Made by a program: the position numbers and the translations under genes. From assembly GCA_964188305.1 (NCBI GenBank), contig OZ076886.1: a DNA stretch of 64,000 nucleotides; one strand, given 5' to 3'. This DNA comes from Podarcis bocagei (Eukaryota). This document shows positions 60,436 through 64,000 of this stretch, piece by piece (the stretch's first letter is position 1; every line of letters starts with the position of its first letter). Below the pieces are notes generated by a model, which saw only the letters and a program-made list of their open reading frames with translations, was not told the origin of the DNA and did not search any database.

Positions 60436-62751
60436 CACACTTGGAGGGAGGAGGGATAGGGGAAGCAGTGGGTGGGGAAGAAGGGGCTAGTCAAGTCAGA
60501 TTCCTTTGTTGTTGAAGTTGAGCATTGAGTGGTGAACGAAGGGAAAATGCCCACCACTTTCCAGTTAATTCTTCTGAAGTAGCATTTCCTGGGGAGTGGG
60601 GGAGAGAGAGAGAGAGAGAGAGAAGGGAAGGGAGAGGAGAAAATGAATCAGACTTTTAATTTTTGGTGGCTGGCCCTGGGCCTTGCAACCACTGTGCTGT
60701 ATGTTTTATTGAACCCATCTTCTTAATCCATTGCAGCATAGACAGTCCTGCTCCTGCTCTGTGCCAAAAGTCCACATTCTTCAATATACAAACTCTGCGG
60801 TCAGATTCAATTGTGCAACTTGATAAGCATAATGCAAAGTTAATTGTTTTGTCTGGTGGAGTTTGGAGTCTGAGGCCAGGGAGCGATATGGCTCCTAAGA
60901 GGGCAAGGATGGCTATGTGGTTGTACAGACCTAGAGATAATTTTCTGGCAGGATTTGTTCTGTTTTTGTTTTTAGGCCATGATTGTTTTATAACAAACTG
61001 TTTTGATGCATGGCATCCACCGAAAAGCAATGTAACACACTTTTATAAAACAAATGCATGAGTAGCAGAACATAGAGCCCAAGAGGAGAAGGGAGGGACA
61101 GGTTCTGAAAGAGGACAGAAACTTAGGTCTAGCTTACCAGAAATCTAGTTAAAACAGTGTGCCGGGTGCCACAGTCAGTCTGGAACTGCAAAAGGCCAAC
61201 GGCCCTCAACCTGAATGTCTCAAACAAGTACCAAACGGGGGAGTTGATCACTGACGGCTGCCCTCCCAGATAGCCAAAAAGTGCCTGGACTTTCCAAAGC
61301 CTTAGACACAGCATGATGAGAACTCCCATTTAGCACACTGGTAACGTGAAGTCTTACCGGGCCAATAAGGTCTGGTTGCATCCCTCCAGTCTGTCCTCCA
61401 TCGTGAAGAGCAAAATGGATTGAAGACTGCAGGTCATAGGATTCCGGCAGAGGCTTACGGGTACCTTCATGCCTTTATGCATTTGTACTCCCCCCCCCCC
61501 GTGCCCTAAATCTGCCACACACATCTTGTCTGATGTATGTATTTGCACCCACATGGCATTTTGTGCATTACAGTACACACAAGCACGGACACCTTTCCTT
61601 GCCTAGAGATTGATCTTTGTGAAGGAAAGGGGTGCGGCGCGTCTCTAAGGTTTGTCTGCTTTCACTCCAGGGCAGCGGGACAATAGAGCTTTGTTTTGTA
61701 ACCCTCCCACCTCCAGCCTATCAAACGGAGAAGCAGCACTTTGTGGAGCAGGGTTAACCCCCCCCCCTTTCAGTTTAGGTGGTCAGCCTGCAAGCATAAT
61801 GTTGGGATGCTGTATATAAGCACCACCATGCCAAAAATTCAAGATAACAGCAAAAGGGATAGAAGCTAATAATGGACATAGCTGCAAAGCTTGAGGTAGG
61901 CAGTGCACTGCCAACAGTTTTCTAAGTTGCAGAGCAGGAATGAGCTATGCAGTATGGTTTATGTTTGTTGGTCTTATTTTGATCAGAGTACAGAGGCTTT
62001 TGTAAATCCTTGACAGCTTGGACAGGGATGGGAGTTATTGGGAGCAGAGGAAAGTTTGGGAGCAGTGCAGGGTGCCAAAGATTCATCCCCATTGAATGGG
62101 CAGCTCCCCTCCCAATTGCTTTTTAATATAGCCACCACCCACACTTTTTTAAAGGGCCTTTTAATAATTGGAAACCTGTTAACCCAGGATTCTGCCCGTG
62201 GCTTGCATGCCATCCCGCGAAGCTTAGATTCTGCCACGTGTGCTTGTCAGTTCTCTTCTTAAGAGATTTCTGAATGTCGTGAAGCGTGCTTGCAAAGTGT
62301 GCTTGTGACTAGCTTTACAACAAAGAGGTTGGTGGATACGAGTACCTGGTGTGTGGTGCCTTGAAGTTTTCCTTGATTCTTCACCTTTTATTGAAATGGT
62401 TGTGACGTTATATGTTAAATAGTGACCTTGAAAACACACCGAGGCTCATTTGAGCCGCCAACATCTCCATCCACGAGGGGGAGGGACCCTGCAAATTTAA
62501 TTTGCCTCCAGAAATTCTGCAGAGGAAGAGAGCGACTATGCAGCTAGGGGGGAGAAAAAACCCAGGCAGAGCGGAGAGCAAAAGACTGGGAACAAAGAGT
62601 GAGAAAGCCGTATATGTTCTGTCCATGGGAAAGGGGGTCTTTCCTGAATTAAAAGTGTTTTTCTCTTGTCTGCCCCTTTCACCTGCTTCTCTACCCTGTC
62701 TGATATCCTCTCCCTCGCCCGCCCCCACACCCCCTTTGTTGGTCCTTCCAG

Positions 62752-63207
62752 CTCTGCCTCAGGACGGACCTTGACCTACAGAAGGCAGGATTCCTGGATG
62801 CCAGCGCTAACAGCTGTCCAGAGAAACCCTCCTTGCTCACTCCGGGGCATTCTGACCTGGCATCCCAGCCCTTGGAGACCAGCTTCCCGGGAAAGAGTGG
62901 AGAAGCCCAGGCGCTGCTACGAAGTTCCGACCAGGCTTTTCGGACAGAGTTTAACTTGATGTATGCCTTCTCCCCTCTGAATGCTATGCCTCGGGCAGAC
63001 GGATTGTTACGAGAGTCTCCGCAGATGGCCGACGGGAAGCTTCTGAATCCAGACAGGGGCTGCTGCAGCTCCCCTGCGGAGGGATACTTTGGCAGGCACG
63101 AGCAGGCGCTTCTGAAAGAAGCCGCACACGGACCCTTGCCCCCCTGCGGCGAGAAAACCTGCGAAGGCGTTAAATCCACACCCCAGAACCCTCCGCAGAG
63201 GAAAAAG
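62752..63207 (+). CDS. SETD5: SETD5 coding exon (LCLRTDLDL...[24 protein letters not shown]...QNPPQRKK), GC donor
   Basis: CCTTCCAG| ... AAG|GCAAGT, 456 nt. Confidence 0.93.
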
Positions 63208-63687
63208 GCAAGTAACATGAGTAACACGAGCACAGTCACTCCAGGGAGAAAGGAAGGCCTGCCCGGGATGTGTGTGTATGCGCGCGCACTGGGAAATCAT
63301 ACAAGAGGAGGCAGCCTGGAGCCTGCTGAGAGACATGTAGACTCTCCATTTCTTGGTAGGGTGAGCAGCTGAGGAATCTTTCTTTGGTGGGAACAGGATG
63401 AAAGCAGACATCACGTTCCCTGGAGGCTCAGAAGTCCTTGCAACAGGGTGCGGAGTCTGTTCTTAGAGGCTGGTTCTGATCTCCGCTTTGTGTTGTGCTC
63501 AGGTCTGTGTGACCCGGAGATCTGGCTTTAGGTTTCCTGCTGGCCATAGGCTGGAGAGCAGCTTCCTTGCACCAGCACAAAAATGTAGCCCACAGGGCAT
63601 TGCAGCAGGTGCCTTTTAAGCGCACGCACACATGAGTGTTGAGTAATGTCACCTGCCTGAAGCTGATGATAGCCTTTTCTCTCCTAG

Positions 63688-63965
63688 GTATCCCTTCTGG
63701 AGTACCGCAAACGAAAGCAAGAAGCCAAGGAGGGAGGGGATTCTTCTCGATGCACAGGGACACCCACCCGGCTGAGTGTCAGCTGCTCGGGGGCGGATGT
63801 GGATGCTGCTGGTATCCTGCAGGGCTCGGGGCCCCACACCCTGTCTTCTCCACAGCATGGCTTCTCCCCTTCTCATTCTTCTTCCTCTCACCTGGAGGAA
63901 GTCAGCCCACCGGAACCACGGGGGACCACGCACAGCAAATCCCAGGACAGCATCAGCAGTAGATG
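63688..63965 (+). CDS. SETD5: SETD5 coding exon ([15 protein letters not shown]...DSISSR)
   Basis: CTCCTAG| ... TG|GTGAGT, 278 nt; last exon within the window. Confidence 0.95.
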
Positions 63966-64000
63966 GTGAGTCTCAGGAAGCAAACTGTGGCAGAGACATG

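Overview
Vertebrate genomic DNA, most likely a squamate (lacertid-like lizard, inferred from Sauria-type SINEs and the repeat set). Almost the whole window is the 5' part of SETD5 on the + strand: a CpG-island promoter (~5.25-7.6 kb), a probable non-coding exon 1 ending at 6738, ~27 kb of 5'-UTR intron, and 19 phase-consistent coding exons (33860-63965, 3563 nt, ~1187 codons). The gene continues past the window end. The promoter core closely matches the mammalian Rosa26/Setd5 bidirectional promoter as I recall it, and has a minus-strand TATA box that suggests a divergent ROSA26-like transcript. The most interesting signal is a layered set of candidate dosage-control elements: a 6-codon GUG uORF in exon 1, a 26-codon in-frame uORF ending 15 nt before the main ATG, three candidate poison exons around coding exon 2, an alternative acceptor that switches the DHNY HCF-1-binding motif in or out, and two GC-AG introns. 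A 130-N assembly gap follows a strong acceptor signature and may hide an exon. Introns carry Tc1/mariner-type and hAT MITEs, Sauria SINEs, tRNA/CR1 SINEs, L2/CR1/RTE fragments, long hairpins and microsatellites. All cross-species comparisons are from memory and need alignment checks. Most ORFs in the supplied track are not genes.
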